Of a stretch of DNA of 64,000 bases, positions 25,837-39,962 are shown piece by piece. Position 1 is the stretch's first letter. Each line of letters starts with the position of its first letter. The stretch comes from Octopus bimaculoides. Lineage: Eukaryota. The DNA is taken from positions 8,642,492 to 8,706,491 of the forward strand of contig NC_068989.1 of NCBI RefSeq assembly GCF_001194135.2, in the 5' to 3' direction. Made by a program: the position numbers and the translations under genes. The notes under the pieces were generated by a model. The model searched no databases, was not told the DNA's origin, and saw nothing but the letters and a program-made list of their open reading frames with translations.

Positions 25837-26796
25837 TAATATTACTCTGTCTACTTTTCTCAATTTCTTTCTATATCTCTATCCGTTTCTCTCTTTTTCA
25901 AATATTTTCACAAATACATTTACACACACGTCTAATTCTGACATTTATTTACATCAAACTTTTATACCATTGAACACATAGTGCAATAAATGGTATTTTG
26001 CAGAATATAGACCTTCATGACATTTACTTCAATTCATATAATGATGAATTCTTTTGGTGATGATTTTTATCGTACAATCACAATAATAATCAGCTTCGCT
26101 TTACAATGCAATCTATGTCAATGTTAAATTCGATACGAGAGTCGTCATGAAGGATTAGCTAAGTTAAAAAGTTTCTGTCCAGAGTGTACAATAACTAGCT
26201 ATACCTGCTTACCAATAATGGTGATGTCCGCTCCTCTAAACAATCAATATACAATGAACCGATCCAGCAACGGACACAAACACGCCCCCCCCAATACACA
26301 CACAGACATATACATATATNNNNNNNNNNNNNNNNNNNNNNNNNNNNNNNNNNNNNNNNNNNNNNNNNNNNNNNNNNNNNNNNNNNNNNNNNNNNNNNNN
26401 NNNNNNNNNNNNNNNNNNNNNNNNNNNNNNNNNNNNNNNNNNNNNNNNNNNNNNNNNNNNNNNNNNNNNNNNNNNNNNNNNNNNNNNNNNNNNNNNNNNN
26501 NNNNNNNNNNNNNNNNNNNNNNNNNNNNNNNNNNNNNNNNNNNNNNNNNNNNNNNNNNNNNNNNNNNNNNNNNNNNNNNNNNNNNNNNNNNNNNNNNNNN
26601 NNNNNNNNNNNNNNNNNNNNNNNNNNNNNNNNNNNNNNNNNNNNNNNNNNNNNNNNNNNNNNNNNNNNNNNNNNNNNNNNNNNNNNNNNNNNNNNNNNNN
26701 NNNNNNNNNNNNNNNNTATATATATATATTCGTATATACATGTATCTATATATACATGCATAAGGTGTGTATATATATATATGCTTGTGTGCGTTC

Positions 26797-26834
<38 letters not shown>

Positions 26835-27998
26835 GTGTGTATGTATACTATATGTGTGCGTGTGTGTATGTTCACACATTTATGGGAAGGCTAAATACTA
26901 ATGCTATACAGACATTACCTGTCACTTAATATTTGCTTTAGAAATAAAAGATAATAATCAGGTGCCCTATCAACATTTAGATTATATTTTCTTTAAAATC
27001 CATATCGGGTGATGTTTTAAATAGCAAATCAATGCAAAGCCATTAAGCTGTGTCTCTCTCTGATTCCCAAATAGTGTCATATGTATCATTATGAGGTAAT
27101 TTATGTTGCAATATGATTTTATGTTCAATGTCACGTGTTGTTTTATCTGAAAAACACGATGAACTAGATTTTAGGGTGGGTGTTTGAGGTGGGCAGGGTT
27201 TCTGGGAGACGTGTGTTATGCATATATTTGATCTGTTTTTATCCCCGTATCAGATATTCAGAAATTCACTTCCGTGTGCATATATATGTATATATATATA
27301 TATATATNNNNNNNNNNNNNNNNNNNNNNNNNNNNNNNNNNNNNNNNNNNNNNNNNNNNNNNNNNNNNNNNNNNNNNNNNNNNNNNNNNNNNNNNNNNNN
27401 NNNNNNNNNNNNNNNNNNNNNNNNNNNNNNNNNNNNNNNNNNNNNNNNNNNNNNNNNNNNNNNNNNNNNNNNNNNNNNNNNNNNNNNNNNNNNNNNNNNN
27501 NNNNNNNNNNNNNNNNNNNNNNNNNNNNNNNNNNNNNNNNNNNNNNNNNNNNNNNNNNNNNNNNNNNNNNNNNNNNNNNNNNNNNNNNNNNNNNNNNNNN
27601 NNNNNNNNNNNNNNNNNNNNNNNNNNNNNNNNNNNNNNNNNNNNNNNNNNNNNNNNNNNNNNNNNNNNNNNNNNNNNNNNNNNNNNNNNNNNNNNNNNNN
27701 NNNNNNNNNNNNNNNNNNNNNNNNNNNNNNNNNNNNNNNNNNNNNNNNNNNNNNNNNNNNNNNNNNNNNNNNNNNNNNNNNNNNNNNNNNNNNNNNNNNN
27801 NNNNNNNNNNNNNNNNNNNNNNNNNNNNNNNNNNNNNNNNNNNNNNNNNNNNNNNNNNNNNNNNNNNNNNNNNNNNNNNNNNNNNNNNNNNNNNNNNNNN
27901 NAGAGTTAAAGAAGATTTTTTTTATTTTTGGTTGGTCTGTGACAGTCTGTCATGGTTCACTGGTTTTTGGGACTGGTTTTGTGCACATCTCTATATAT

Positions 27999-28053
<55 letters not shown>

Positions 28054-28177
28054 TAAGTGTGTGTGTGTGTGTTTGTGTGTGTACTTGTGTATGTGTTTGC
28101 GCGCATGACGTTTGGCTACGTGCAAACACGACCACTCGCACATATGTTTATATGTATGAATGTGTAAACACACACAC

Positions 28178-28350
28178 ATCACTTGACAACGGATGCTGGT
28201 GTGTGTACGTTCTCGTAACCTAGAGGTTCGGCAAAAGAGACCGATAGAATAAGTACTAGGCTTGCAAAGAATAAGTCCAGTCCTGGGGTCGATTTGCTCG
28301 ACTAAAGGCAGTGCTTCAGCATGGCCACAGTCAAATGACTAAACAAATTA
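28178..28350 (+). mobile_element. SINE 3' half
   Basis: CACTTGACAAC...GGTTCGGCAAAAGAGACCGATAGAATAAGTACTAGGCTT...CAGCATGGCCACAGTCAAATGACT. Confidence 0.78.
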
Positions 28351-28850
28351 AACAGTTAAACAGTTTTGGAGATCTAAGGACGGTGCAGAGCTTCCCTTAT
28401 TGGTTAATGCCGATGAGTAAAAGAAAGCATGCAATATTTATTCATGCATCCCTCATCGAGATTTGCGCTGAGAGTGAAGAAATCAGAATTAATAGTAAAA
28501 CATTCTATTCGACGCTCTAAAGCCTGCTGTATGTATGCATATATGTATGTATAACCGTATGTATGGATGCACGTATGTATGTATGTATAACCGTATGTAT
28601 GTATGCGTCTATGCATCTATAGATGCTTGGATGAACGCATATGTGTATGTATTTAAAACAAACTTGTCAAAAGAACGGATTAACACAACATAGGCTCTAC
28701 TTCTACGGAGCGATAGTGCACGAGGACAGAAGTATTCGAGACGGCGAAAGAGAACGCTGTAAAATCAATAAAACCACATCAGAAGTGCTTCGCATAACAT
28801 CTATCAAGGAAACAGGCAGACACGGTTTCTTCACCCTGGCGAGGGCTGAC

Positions 28851-28936
<86 letters not shown>

Positions 28937-30019
28937 CATTCAGACGTTCACGTCTACGTTAACGTTAGTGACAATAACATCCTAACTTCTGATTTCAAAG
29001 TAAAGCAGAGTAAAATTAGAAACCCCGTGTTACATACGTTCCCTTATAATTTTCACTGTCAGAAATGTAACAAACCAGTAATTAACCTGTTGGAATTCTG
29101 TAAGAAACAATGTTAATTATTTACCAATTGTAATATTAATTTATATCAAAGCTTTCAGTAACCTAAAATTCAATATCTCTTCCATGTATGAAAAAGATAT
29201 TTCAGTTAACAACTTCTAAGAAATTTACATTCTTTCATTACATAATCGGAATGCAGTTAATTGTAGCTTCTATTTTCCTGAATTAAGGAAAATTTTAATT
29301 ACTATACTCATGAATATTTACTGTTTTCTAAGACATGTATTTCATGAATAAAAGAAAACTTCATTTACGCTTCTCATGAATACTATTGACTTGTTTTTAA
29401 TTCAAGAAATAATGAAATTCACGGACAATAGATTAATGTAAGACAATAGATTAATGTTATATTTCTTTTAGTTTGACTCTGAAATGACACCTTATCTTTA
29501 CTTATGAAACCGGAAGTAATATTTGTGAATATGGATTCGATATAAAAGCGATAAAAGATATCAGTATGGAATGCGAGATACGAGATTTTTAATATAACAA
29601 GTATATGAATGATATGAATGTGTGTAGGTATGCGTGTTTGTAAAATAGATAACACATCAAGCTAAACTGTATGATTTTAGTTAATCTGGAAGACATCTTT
29701 CAACACGGAATGTAAACAACGACACAAGATAGTCAGCGCTATGGATTTATGTCTTTGTAAATTAAGCAAACGAAGAAATATGAAATATAACATTTAAAGC
29801 AAAGGCCGAATGTTTACCTTAGATTATTATGCGGGACATCGAGTTATTTCGTTCGAATCTCATCTCGCCAGCCGCCGTTGTTTCGAATAGAGATATTCGT
29901 ACGATGTGCTGAACAAAATAAAAGTCTAACGTGCATAAGTCTGTTTTTGTATATTCTTAACTAAACAACCATACTCTTGTTTATCAACAAATGCATCCAG
30001 ATCTAATATATGTGGGTCC

Positions 30020-30144
<125 letters not shown>

Positions 30145-30376
30145 TACATTCAAATATATAAACATTTAGATAGATAGACAGATAGTGTGAGAGATGAATA
30201 TATATATATATATATATACTATAATATGGGTATATATATATATATATACGATAATATATATACACACTATAATATATATACATGTGTGTGTGCGTATGTG
30301 TGTGTACAGATATATGTAATATAATATATGTGCATATATTATATACGCGTTCCTTCACGCACGCGCGTACGCACGC

Positions 30377-30408
<32 letters not shown>

Positions 30409-31430
30409 ACATATATATGAGTTAATTTGTACAAAGTTGAGAGACTTCAAAGTTTCGGCTTGTACACTGTTAATGATATGTAGCCGAGTGAAAAGTATTG
30501 AATAATCTTTGTTTAGTGTTAAATTCATTTCATATATTTAAAAAAAATCATATAAAAAGATTTATACATGAACACACACACATACACGTACATGTATGCA
30601 AAAACACAGGCTTTTACATGTTTGTATATCCTTAGCTACGAAAATAATCACATTTATTGGCTCGAGGGTGTGTCTGTGTGTGCTTGTGTGTGTGTGTGTT
30701 TGTTTGTGTATGTGCTCGCATGAGTGCTCATGTGTGTGTGGGGTGTATGTGTGTGCGTTTCTGTTTGCTTTTATGTAAAGTAGTAATGTAAATATACATT
30801 CATTTGTAAGCTCAAAAGTCTTCTAGAATATTTATTCCATGTCGTATGGACTGTTAACCTGATATTTTACGAGTTGGACATCAACGGTTGTTTATAATTA
30901 ATAATTTGTACGTTTAAAATTTGGCCTATATATCGAACTAATATATAGCATCACTCCTCTTACTACTGCTAATGCTGGAACATATTTACAAATAATCATG
31001 ATAAACAACAGCAATACAAGGTTAAAAAGAATTATCGAACGTAAAAGAGCAGAATTACGACAGATATATTCTGTGACTGAATGTAGAAGAGATGTGATTT
31101 CATATACCAGTATACAGTTAAATATATCTGCCTCTATGTATAATTGCATATATATGTGAGCGGATGGAGAACGTCTGTGTATATATTTATAACATATGAT
31201 CCTCTCCACTACGGTTACAAGGCCTGAAATTTCGAAATTTACCGCAGTACACAACTCGTATTTATTTTAACGACCTCGTGGATGTGAACGGTAAATTCGA
31301 CATGGATGGCATTTGAACTCTGTCACCTAACCGCCTTAATATAATATAATATATGATATATTCACATAGCAATAAGAAAATTGAGGGGATCAAGAGGTGG
31401 TATTCATCAACTTTTAGACATTATATTATG

Positions 31431-31574
31431 TCTATTGTTTCCGTCTATCAAATCCACTCACAAGTTTTGGGTCAGCCCGATGCTATAGTAGAAGACACTT
31501 GGCCAAGGTGCAACGCAGTGGGACTGAACCCGCAACCATGTGGTTGGTAAGCAAACTACTTACCACACAGCCAC
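31431..31574 (-). mobile_element. tRNA-derived SINE 5' half
   Basis: Minus strand GTGGCTGTGTGGTAAG (box A-like) ... GGGTTCAGTCCCACTGCG (box B-like), then non-tRNA body. Confidence 0.78.
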
Positions 31575-33565
31575 TTCTATGGATAGAGAAATAGGTATAG
31601 ATAGCAAATCAGATTAACAGATTATCAGACACACACAGACACATACATATACATAAATGTTGGCCAACATTTTGAGCTAGAAGGTGTGGTTCTTGGGTAT
31701 GTTGGACACAATACGGGTATTTAGAAGGGTAGAGACGAATGAATCCCAAATGCTTGAGTGACGGGGGAAGGACACCAAATATCTCCGAGGAAAAGAAGCC
31801 GTTGTAGTGACGTAAAAAACGTTAGAAAGGAAACTGTAAGACCGAATGACATCATGTCAATTGATGCGATCAAGATGCACGCTCGTATGTGTGTGTGTGT
31901 GTTTGTGTGGATAAATAGATGAGTGTGTAGGAAGTTCAACGTCTCAATTGTGAAATTAAGATTCTCTAGTTAATCCCAACTGAGTTTCATACAGGGTCAG
32001 TAATTCATGGCAGATGATTTCTACTTTTCTTTCCCTGAAGGTCAGTCTTTGAACGTCCAAAGAAGCAGCCAACGTATAGAATACTCTTAAGTAAGTACAT
32101 TTATTCATAGCAGTATGTGCCCGTGACATTGGTTGCCAAATAACTGTATCATTGTAGACATCTATAAAATTGTATACATTCAGATGAATAACCTTGTAAA
32201 AACATCAACCATCAAGTAATAACACCCAAGTTATTTTTTTAAATTTCTACCTGTGACTTTGTGTTCTGATGCAGCTTTTCCACGGCTTTAGTAAGTCTCA
32301 GGTCTGATATTTTATGTAGATTTACATTCAGTGCTTGTGATTATTTTCTTCCAGCATATTCAGCCATATTGCATGATGCTTCAAATGTATTTTTTCCTTG
32401 TAGATGTAAAACCAAAATTATTTAAGAACTTTCTGAAAAAAGGAATTTTTCCTTTTTTATAACAGGGATGGTGTTTCCTTTTATTTTCTGATATACAGTC
32501 GGTTAGTTAGATGCACAGTTTAAGCTAATGGCGATTCCAGTTAATAGCAGACATTTTTGCTAATAGAATTTTTCGTTCAAGGATTCTATTTCTGCTTCAG
32601 TATTAATAATTTTCGCTCAATAGTTCGAAGTTTAGATATACCGTATACATTATACAGTATTTCCATAAAATAGGATGAGGTGAGATTAATGCTCACCTTA
32701 CATTTTGTGATAGTTTCTAAATGTCCAATTCCAACGCATCGACTGTTAACATTTTCGTAGAGTTATCGCTAGGGTGGCACAAAGTAATTCAGGCATTCTG
32801 AGAAATTGTTTTCAAGCAATAACTGCTCGTTTTACACAAAAATGCATGGCATCTAGTTTTAACGTCTATACTATTCAATATCAAAGAGATTATTTTTGCC
32901 CACACTCTTCGCCAAAACGGTTTTGTTCCTTAATGTGAATTTAGATAATTTTGAAAACTGTCCACAAATCCAATTTTTGATAAGTTTTAGCTCTCTATAT
33001 TCCATAATTATCTCTGGTGGGTCATACGTTATAAAGAGATACGCATTATCATTGCTGTTCGTAAATTTTTTTATGTTTAGTCTGTCATTGCTTAGCTTTG
33101 TTGATAGTTTACACTCGCGTGTAATTCATCCGAGAAATTCATTAATCACAAAAGTCGGTAAATAAAGGTTCTCAGACGTTTTGGTAGTATAGGAATGAAA
33201 ACCAATTTAAAAGAAAATAAACTAGAATGCCAACACTGGATATTGATTATAACAGAGTGGATTTAAACAAAAAACATCATGTCGTCATATGAGACTGTAT
33301 AATAGAGATGACTGGTGCCTGACACAAAGATTCTTACACCTGAGGGGAGCGGCTGGTATTTTGTAACGCACGTTGGGATTCCCTTTACGAATAATGTAGT
33401 TGAATCTTCTCGACTGTGGTTTAAATAAGATTCGAATTAACACGCCGTTAATGAGTTTGTGAGTATATACATACGTATATATAAAATGTTTTGATGACTC
33501 TTGTTTAAATTAGTCTCTCGAAATAAGATAGAAAAAATAGAAATACACTATTAAGGGATATATCT

Positions 33566-34075
33566 ATTATTATTATTATTATTATGGCCGGGTTGAAGGC
33601 AGCGAGCTGGCAGAATCGTTAGCTCCTGAGTGAATCGCTTAGCGGTGTTTGTCCAAGTTCACGTTTTCGCCGAGGTCGATTTTGCCTTTCATCCTTTCGG
33701 GGCCGATAAAATAAATACCAGTTGATCACTGTAGTCGATGTAACCAATTTCCCCATGTCCTGAAATTGTTGGCCTTGTGCCAAAAATTTGAAATTATTAT
33801 TATGACCGGGTTCGAACCCAGGCCACAGCAAAGTCTACCCGCCACACTTCTCGGTCAATCATCACTACCTCAATGTCCTTGATACATTCTAGACCAGAAT
33901 CTGCAATCAAGTTGTTGATGTGAATGCGACGGCGTATTTCTCTTCTTATATCGCTATGAAGTTGGTTCCACAAGATTAATTTGGATGCTTCTAGTACAGG
34001 GTGATGCACACAGTGACCAGATAATCGCACCTATCTTTGCCTGACCTTCTTAACTTTCAGCAGATCTCCATAAAT
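33566..34075 (-). mobile_element. RTE-clade LINE 3' end (5'-truncated, decayed), interrupted by a SINE
   Basis: Minus-strand translation IYGDLLKVKKVRQR*VRLSGHCVHHPVLEASKLILW...IHINNLIADSGL...MIDREVWR is typical of the RTE ORF C-terminus (RLxGHxxRH...W...DRxxWR). The (ATA)n tail lies at 33566-33585. Confidence 0.8.
33595..33792 (+). mobile_element. SINE monomer with 20-bp TSD
   Basis: GAAGGCAGCGAGCTGGCAGAATCGTTAGC...GGCCTTGTGCCAAAAATTTGAA. TSD ATTATTATTATG(G/A)CCGGGTT at 33575-33594 and 33793-33812. Confidence 0.88.
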
Positions 34076-34198
34076 GCATTTATTTGTCATATGTTGCTAC
34101 CATTTCACATTTAGTGTCATTCGTAACATCCTTGTTTAATATCCACTTAGCCCTTTTGATAAAAGATATAGATAAAGAGCTAATCAAATAGGCTACTA

Positions 34199-34410
34199 CA
34201 GGATGTCCACAAAGTCTGGGTACATGGGGATTAATACATACTTTAAGAAATTATTATTTCTTATATTTAATTGTTTATGCTATGATTTTATTTACTCCAT
34301 GTAACCATATGGGGATTAACACATACTTTAAGAAATTATTATTTCTTATATTTAATTGTTTATGTTATAATTTTATTTACTCCAGGTACCCACACTTTGT
34401 GGACACCCTG
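34199..34410. mobile_element. Tc1/mariner-type MITE, 212 bp, with an internal tandem duplication
   Basis: TA|CAGGATGTCCACAAAGTCTGGGTAC ... GTACCCACACTTTGTGGACACCCTG|TA; 25-bp TIRs with 2 mismatches. Confidence 0.88.
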
Positions 34411-37400
34411 TAGATTTCTCTATTTAGACGGTTAGAGATATGCTTCGATATTTATTCTAGTCTCTTTTCTATAGAATTTAAACATACATGTATCTTTAAG
34501 CATGAATTTATATTCGATGCTTATTAGTTTGAATTAAATGAGCGACAATATAGCATTACTTAACAAAAATAAAATAAAATTGCTCAGTTCGCATTGTGGA
34601 TGATTATCAATCGAAATCTCAATGGTTTGACCTTGTTATCGGTGCTGACCTGTACTGTAACCGTTTCTAAAACGCTCCAATTTTTTTAAAAAAGTAGAGA
34701 GTAATAATTGCGTCTTTCCATAAGCATGTGACCAACTCTTAAAGGAAAATTTGAGTAGGTGAATGAAGACTAACGCTAATTATAAAACAGTAACTAATTC
34801 ATAATACAGAATATATTGAGTTATTGATGAAATGTTGTCATATTTTTCCTTTTCTAAACACTACTTTATTCAGTTCATTTCGCTGGGATCAAAATATATT
34901 CAAATTATTGCATTCATTATTAATTTATTCCATCACATTTGCTGTGTTTCATAGAATTTATTTTTTTATATTCTTTAAGCAATGTGTTTGATTTATATTT
35001 GTTAAATGAATCAGTGTCATCCTTAATATGGTGACGGTTTTCCTTCCGACTCAAATTATTATTCCAAAGCGTCTCCATAACTTATTTACAATAAACAAAT
35101 GAGATTGTTGGATTTGAATTAAATTAGGATAATTTACTTCAATATCAATCACTAAATTTATGAAAGGAAAAATAATATAAAAATATTAGTATTGAAATTA
35201 AAATAGAAAATAACAATAAACATTTATAGCGAAAACGAAATGTTCGCCATTTATACAGAAAAGAGGAAAATTCTTTAGAGTACATGTGTTGTTAAATATG
35301 TCGAGGTATGGTTATATTTGTTTTTCATTTGCGATAAATATTGGTTTCTAGATTTCATTATAGAGTAATTTCTGTGAGTGTTTTGTTATTCTGTGTATTT
35401 ATCTAACGTTATTTGATGCAAAGTTTACCGTGCGATATGGACCAAAGACTCTTGACAATTCCTTAATGAGGTAAAAATCAGCCAACCAAAACTTTTTCGT
35501 TCCTCTAGGAAATTTCAATATTAGTTTGGTTTCAAATTAAAAGAAATGGGAATAAGAATTATTTGATATCTTCCATAAAAGAAACTTCGATTTCATTATC
35601 GACCTACTGTAATATATACATCTTATCCTTATGATGACAGTAATTCTTATTAAAATCTTCGCAGTTGTAATTCCCTCTTCACTGATATAATCTATATCAT
35701 GTATATTAATCGTTATTAGGCAAAAATTCACTGCACTCCAATAAATATATTATATTCGTTAACTTGTATCATGAACTGTTTGAAATATTGAAAAGCCAGA
35801 TTAAGTTACTTGCAGTATTAATTTTCTTCTATGAGGATTATTAAAATATATATAATTAAAGTCCATTTTATCAGTTATGTTAACACTAAAAATTCTCGAA
35901 ACATTTTCTTGAAACTATCAACACCAAGAAATAGCCAGGGATCGAACTTTATGAATATGCATTGAGAATCTTATTTCTCAAATCGAGATAGAAAGCACTT
36001 TAACTTACCAGTTCAGTGACCTTAAGATTGGGTAATTTCTTTTAGAATTTTTTCCATACATAACTCAATTTTTAAACAGCAGTTTCGCTCACAAGTTCTA
36101 CGCATAACCTTATGTTTTTGCTTAACTTTTTTTTACGAGAACATGCTTTTTCATATGCTTTACTTTTTATTTAGATGAATTTTTTATATTTAACAATTGA
36201 TTTTAAACTTTGCAATATTCATGTAACTAGATATTCAGCCAATTTTGTAATGCAGGAGAGAACTATCAAGAGTATAGTATTGGCAACAATGAATTTCAAG
36301 TTAAGCCATAATTTTCAAAAGATGACTGCTTGAACCGTGATATTTTTTTTTTAGATAATTGATCCGATATCACAGCTGTCATGATGGAATAGTTTCAAAT
36401 AGTTTCAACATTTACACTAAAGAAAAAGTGAAGAAAAACTTACAAATCAACTGCAACTTTGATCTAGAAAGAAGATTTTCTTGCCATTGTTTTCAGTCGA
36501 CGTATTTATATCAGACGACTGTGGTGAAAGTCTTAAAGTAAAACGCAAGCAACATAGGATTTTAAATTTCTGACTCTGTTGTATAAACTGTGTATTTCTA
36601 CATTTATTATATATTCATATATAAATAAATAGAGAACGTCTTTTATTTACCTAGCTTGAGGCAGTGAGGTTTGAGTAAAATATGTAAGATATCGTTAAAT
36701 GAAAACCAACGGAAAATAAGTTGTAATAAATTGCATAGGTTTAACCAATAATATTTTGGAGAAGACTCCCCTTTTCAAATACAACATAGCGGATAATCAA
36801 ATTGTTCGGATATATGTGTCGTTAATAGCAAGTCATTCATTGATGTTAAATCTCAGCATGAGAAACTATCTACGCCCTCTGCTTATTCTTGTACTAATTC
36901 CCTCACTCAATCATACTCAGTTATATATCTTAAACATTTATTTCGGAAGTTACATTCCTCCAGATTTTCTCAAGCTGAACAAAATCCAATGCAATTTTCA
37001 CTTTGTAAACATCAGTAACACGTTTAGGAAATAGGTTAGATGTCACAACTTTAACAAAGATATTGTTGTTTAGTTCCGTGTCACATAAACACAAATCCAA
37101 CACACTAAAACTCACTGGCCATTATCATCTTGTCTTTTTTATGCATCTACGATCACATAGTCAAAAGATTCGTAACATTTTTAAGGCGACAGTCTTTGAG
37201 TTGATTGATATTTAGCCAACTTTTAGCAAGACAAATGAGCAAAAGGAGGTCCCACTCTTTCACTGATGTGAACTTATCTGTACAGCGATGAAAACGGGAA
37301 CATATGCAAGGGGGCGGAGTTCCCTTGCTTCATGAGAAGATTACAGTGGATAATCACACTCCATCCCAAAGCTAACGTTACGGATCTTAGAGTATATTTA

Positions 37401-37795
37401 GTTCCTACATTTTTTTCTTTCATCATTTGTTCGGTGATATTTTTGTAACATCAATGTTGGTATACACATTAGCGCATGAATATTTCTTTTAAAAGCGTGT
37501 GGTTTGATGTATATCAATGCTGACATTTTCATCATTTAACACGTATAGAATTTCATTCACTGACAGTGTCAATAACACTCACTCAGGTTTATATATATAC
37601 ATATACACACATACACACACATATATATATATTCCAAATTTCAAATCTAAGCTTTATATATATTTAAATTTCAAAATTTCAAACCTAACCTTTTATTACT
37701 TATATATATNNNNNNNNNNNNNNNNNNNNNNNNNNNNNNNNNNNNNNNNNNNNNNNNNNNNNNNNNNNNNNNNNNNNNNNNNNNNNNNNNNNNNN

Positions 37796-37885
<90 letters not shown>

Positions 37886-37929
37886 CATACATACATACAT
37901 ACATACATTAACTAGATTAAAATCGAAGA

Positions 37930-38060
37930 AATGGACCCTAGGACTTATTCTTTATAAGGCTAGTACTTATTTTATCGTCTCTTTTGCCACACCGCTAAGT
38001 TACGAGCATGTAGACACACCAACATTGGTTGTCAAGTGATGGTGAGGGCCAGTTCAGACA
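37930..38060 (-). mobile_element. SINE 3' half
   Basis: Reverse complement matches 28178-28350 (CACTTGACAACC...GCGGTGTGGCAAAAGAGACGATAAAATAAGTACTAGCC). Confidence 0.72.
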
Positions 38061-39690
38061 CATACACAACACAAACTCAAATATACACATACATACATAA
38101 GAGTTTAAAAAGATTGAAAAGGCTCAAATTTTGAAAAATGTGCTCGGTTGGAGCGGTGGTCGCCTCCGCCCCTTACCCTTACTTATGAACTACGCCACTC
38201 TTTTACCTATATCTACTTTTCCAGTCATTTTTTGTGTTTATAAAGCACATATTACCCGGCGAACATTTTTGCATGAGAACTGCTGCTATTCGAGATTTTA
38301 ATATTTATTAACATAGCCAAGGATACCAATGAGTATTGATTTTGCAATGAATTTACAAAATTGGTAGACAAAGAGTTCGGATCCAGCTAACTGCCGGGAG
38401 ATATTCTCTTCCTCGCAAATTTTGAAAGAGATATCTACATCTATAAGGGAGCTAGACATTCTAATGCTACAATTATTTTTCACTTTACAGTTTCAACTAA
38501 TATGGGGGAAATATTGATGGATATGTTTGAACACTATTTTTTTTGTTGAAACTTATGCATGTATTCAGCAACGGAAGTATTCTCTACCTTTATTCTTGTT
38601 CTGTTTTTTCCTACGGAAGACAGGAATATGATTTTAGTAATAACGTCAAAGCGTATTGGAGGGTTATATTTTAATGATATTTTTGGACATTTGTTAATCA
38701 CACGAGTAATATTTCCGCATAAATGTGACATAATCGATATTTTTTTAATAGAATATGGGTGTATGGGTTAAATATAACAGTAGAACAAAGAGAGTATTTT
38801 ACAGGTTTAATGTTTTATCACAGAAAACCTGTTATGAATTAGCGAAGTTAGAGTTATTAAATGAGAAAAGTAAAAGTACGTGTGAAATGCGTGTGTGTTT
38901 ATATATGTAAATATTGATAAATAGAATGATAGAGAGTATGAGAGTGATAAATTGCGAGAAAGAGAGGGGTAGAAGGATAGATATATATAGATAGAAGATA
39001 GATAGATTGATCGATCGATAGATAGATACATAGATTGATAGACAGATGGATAAATAGACAATATACTTTTCAATACTTAATTTTTATACGTATGTAGACA
39101 GATTTACATATACGTGACAAAATTACTGATTCATACACACACACACCACACACATACACACCTCACACACACATACACACACATATATATACACGTAATG
39201 ATTACGTATAAGTTGCATCATATATGTATTCAACATGTACACATAGCAGATGATAGAGAAAAAGAAGAAGAGCAAAAACAACCACAGTATTTACAGTATC
39301 ACAACAACCTAAAGCCACAATAGAACATGTAATATAAATTATTAACTCTGATATAGAGATAGGTGAGAGGGAATCACTATGGCTCGGCCAGTGATGTATA
39401 TCACCTTTGGGATTGACGAATTCAATATTCTCAACGCGGCATTGCTTACGAAAGGACTTTTTTAATCTGTCCTAGCGGAAGTCTTGGCACGAATTTTGTT
39501 ATCGGTATACATACATATTGTTTGTGTTTTCATGCTTTTCCGCATGTTTTAATGCTTTGGTTTGATTTATTTTTTATTTGCGAGATAGACTTATCATGAA
39601 CTTTTATATACGGAAGAAAAAAAATGCTGTTTCAATTTACAATTTTTCCGCAACCGTTCAAAGTCGGAAATTACAGCAATAGTAGTGGCG

Positions 39691-39724
<34 letters not shown>

Positions 39725-39873
39725 TAGTAGTAGAAGTAGCACCACCACCACCACCACCACCACCACTACCAGCCTGTTTTAGCTTTAATTTTAGCGATTT
39801 ACAGTTATGAAAAAGAAAAACGAGAGAAGAGAAGAAATTAAAATGGAAATTTTAAGTAGTAGAAAATTGAAAA

Positions 39874-39962
39874 GACTGGAGGTCATTCATTCGACTAAAC
39901 ATTCTTCGAGGCAGTGCCCCAGCATGGATGCAGTCTAATGACTGTAACAAGTAAAAGATAAT
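39874..39962 (+). mobile_element. SINE 3' tail fragment
   Basis: GAGGCAGTGCCCCAGCATGGATGCAGTCTAATGACTGTAACAAGTAAAAGA. Confidence 0.6.

Noticed and set aside
7312-29460. Short local tandem duplications (15 bp at about 7318-7349, 17 bp at about 22003-22040, 18 bp at about 29424-29459, and 17-bp units at 42315-42360)
   Set aside because: Ordinary slippage or repair products; no spacers, so not CRISPR-like.
30898-31254. 118-aa minus ORF and an overlapping plus frame containing ITPLTTANAGTY (Ig-like DxGxYxC?)
   Set aside because: The conserved Cys is missing, splice signals are weak, and the composition is typical of AT-rich noise.
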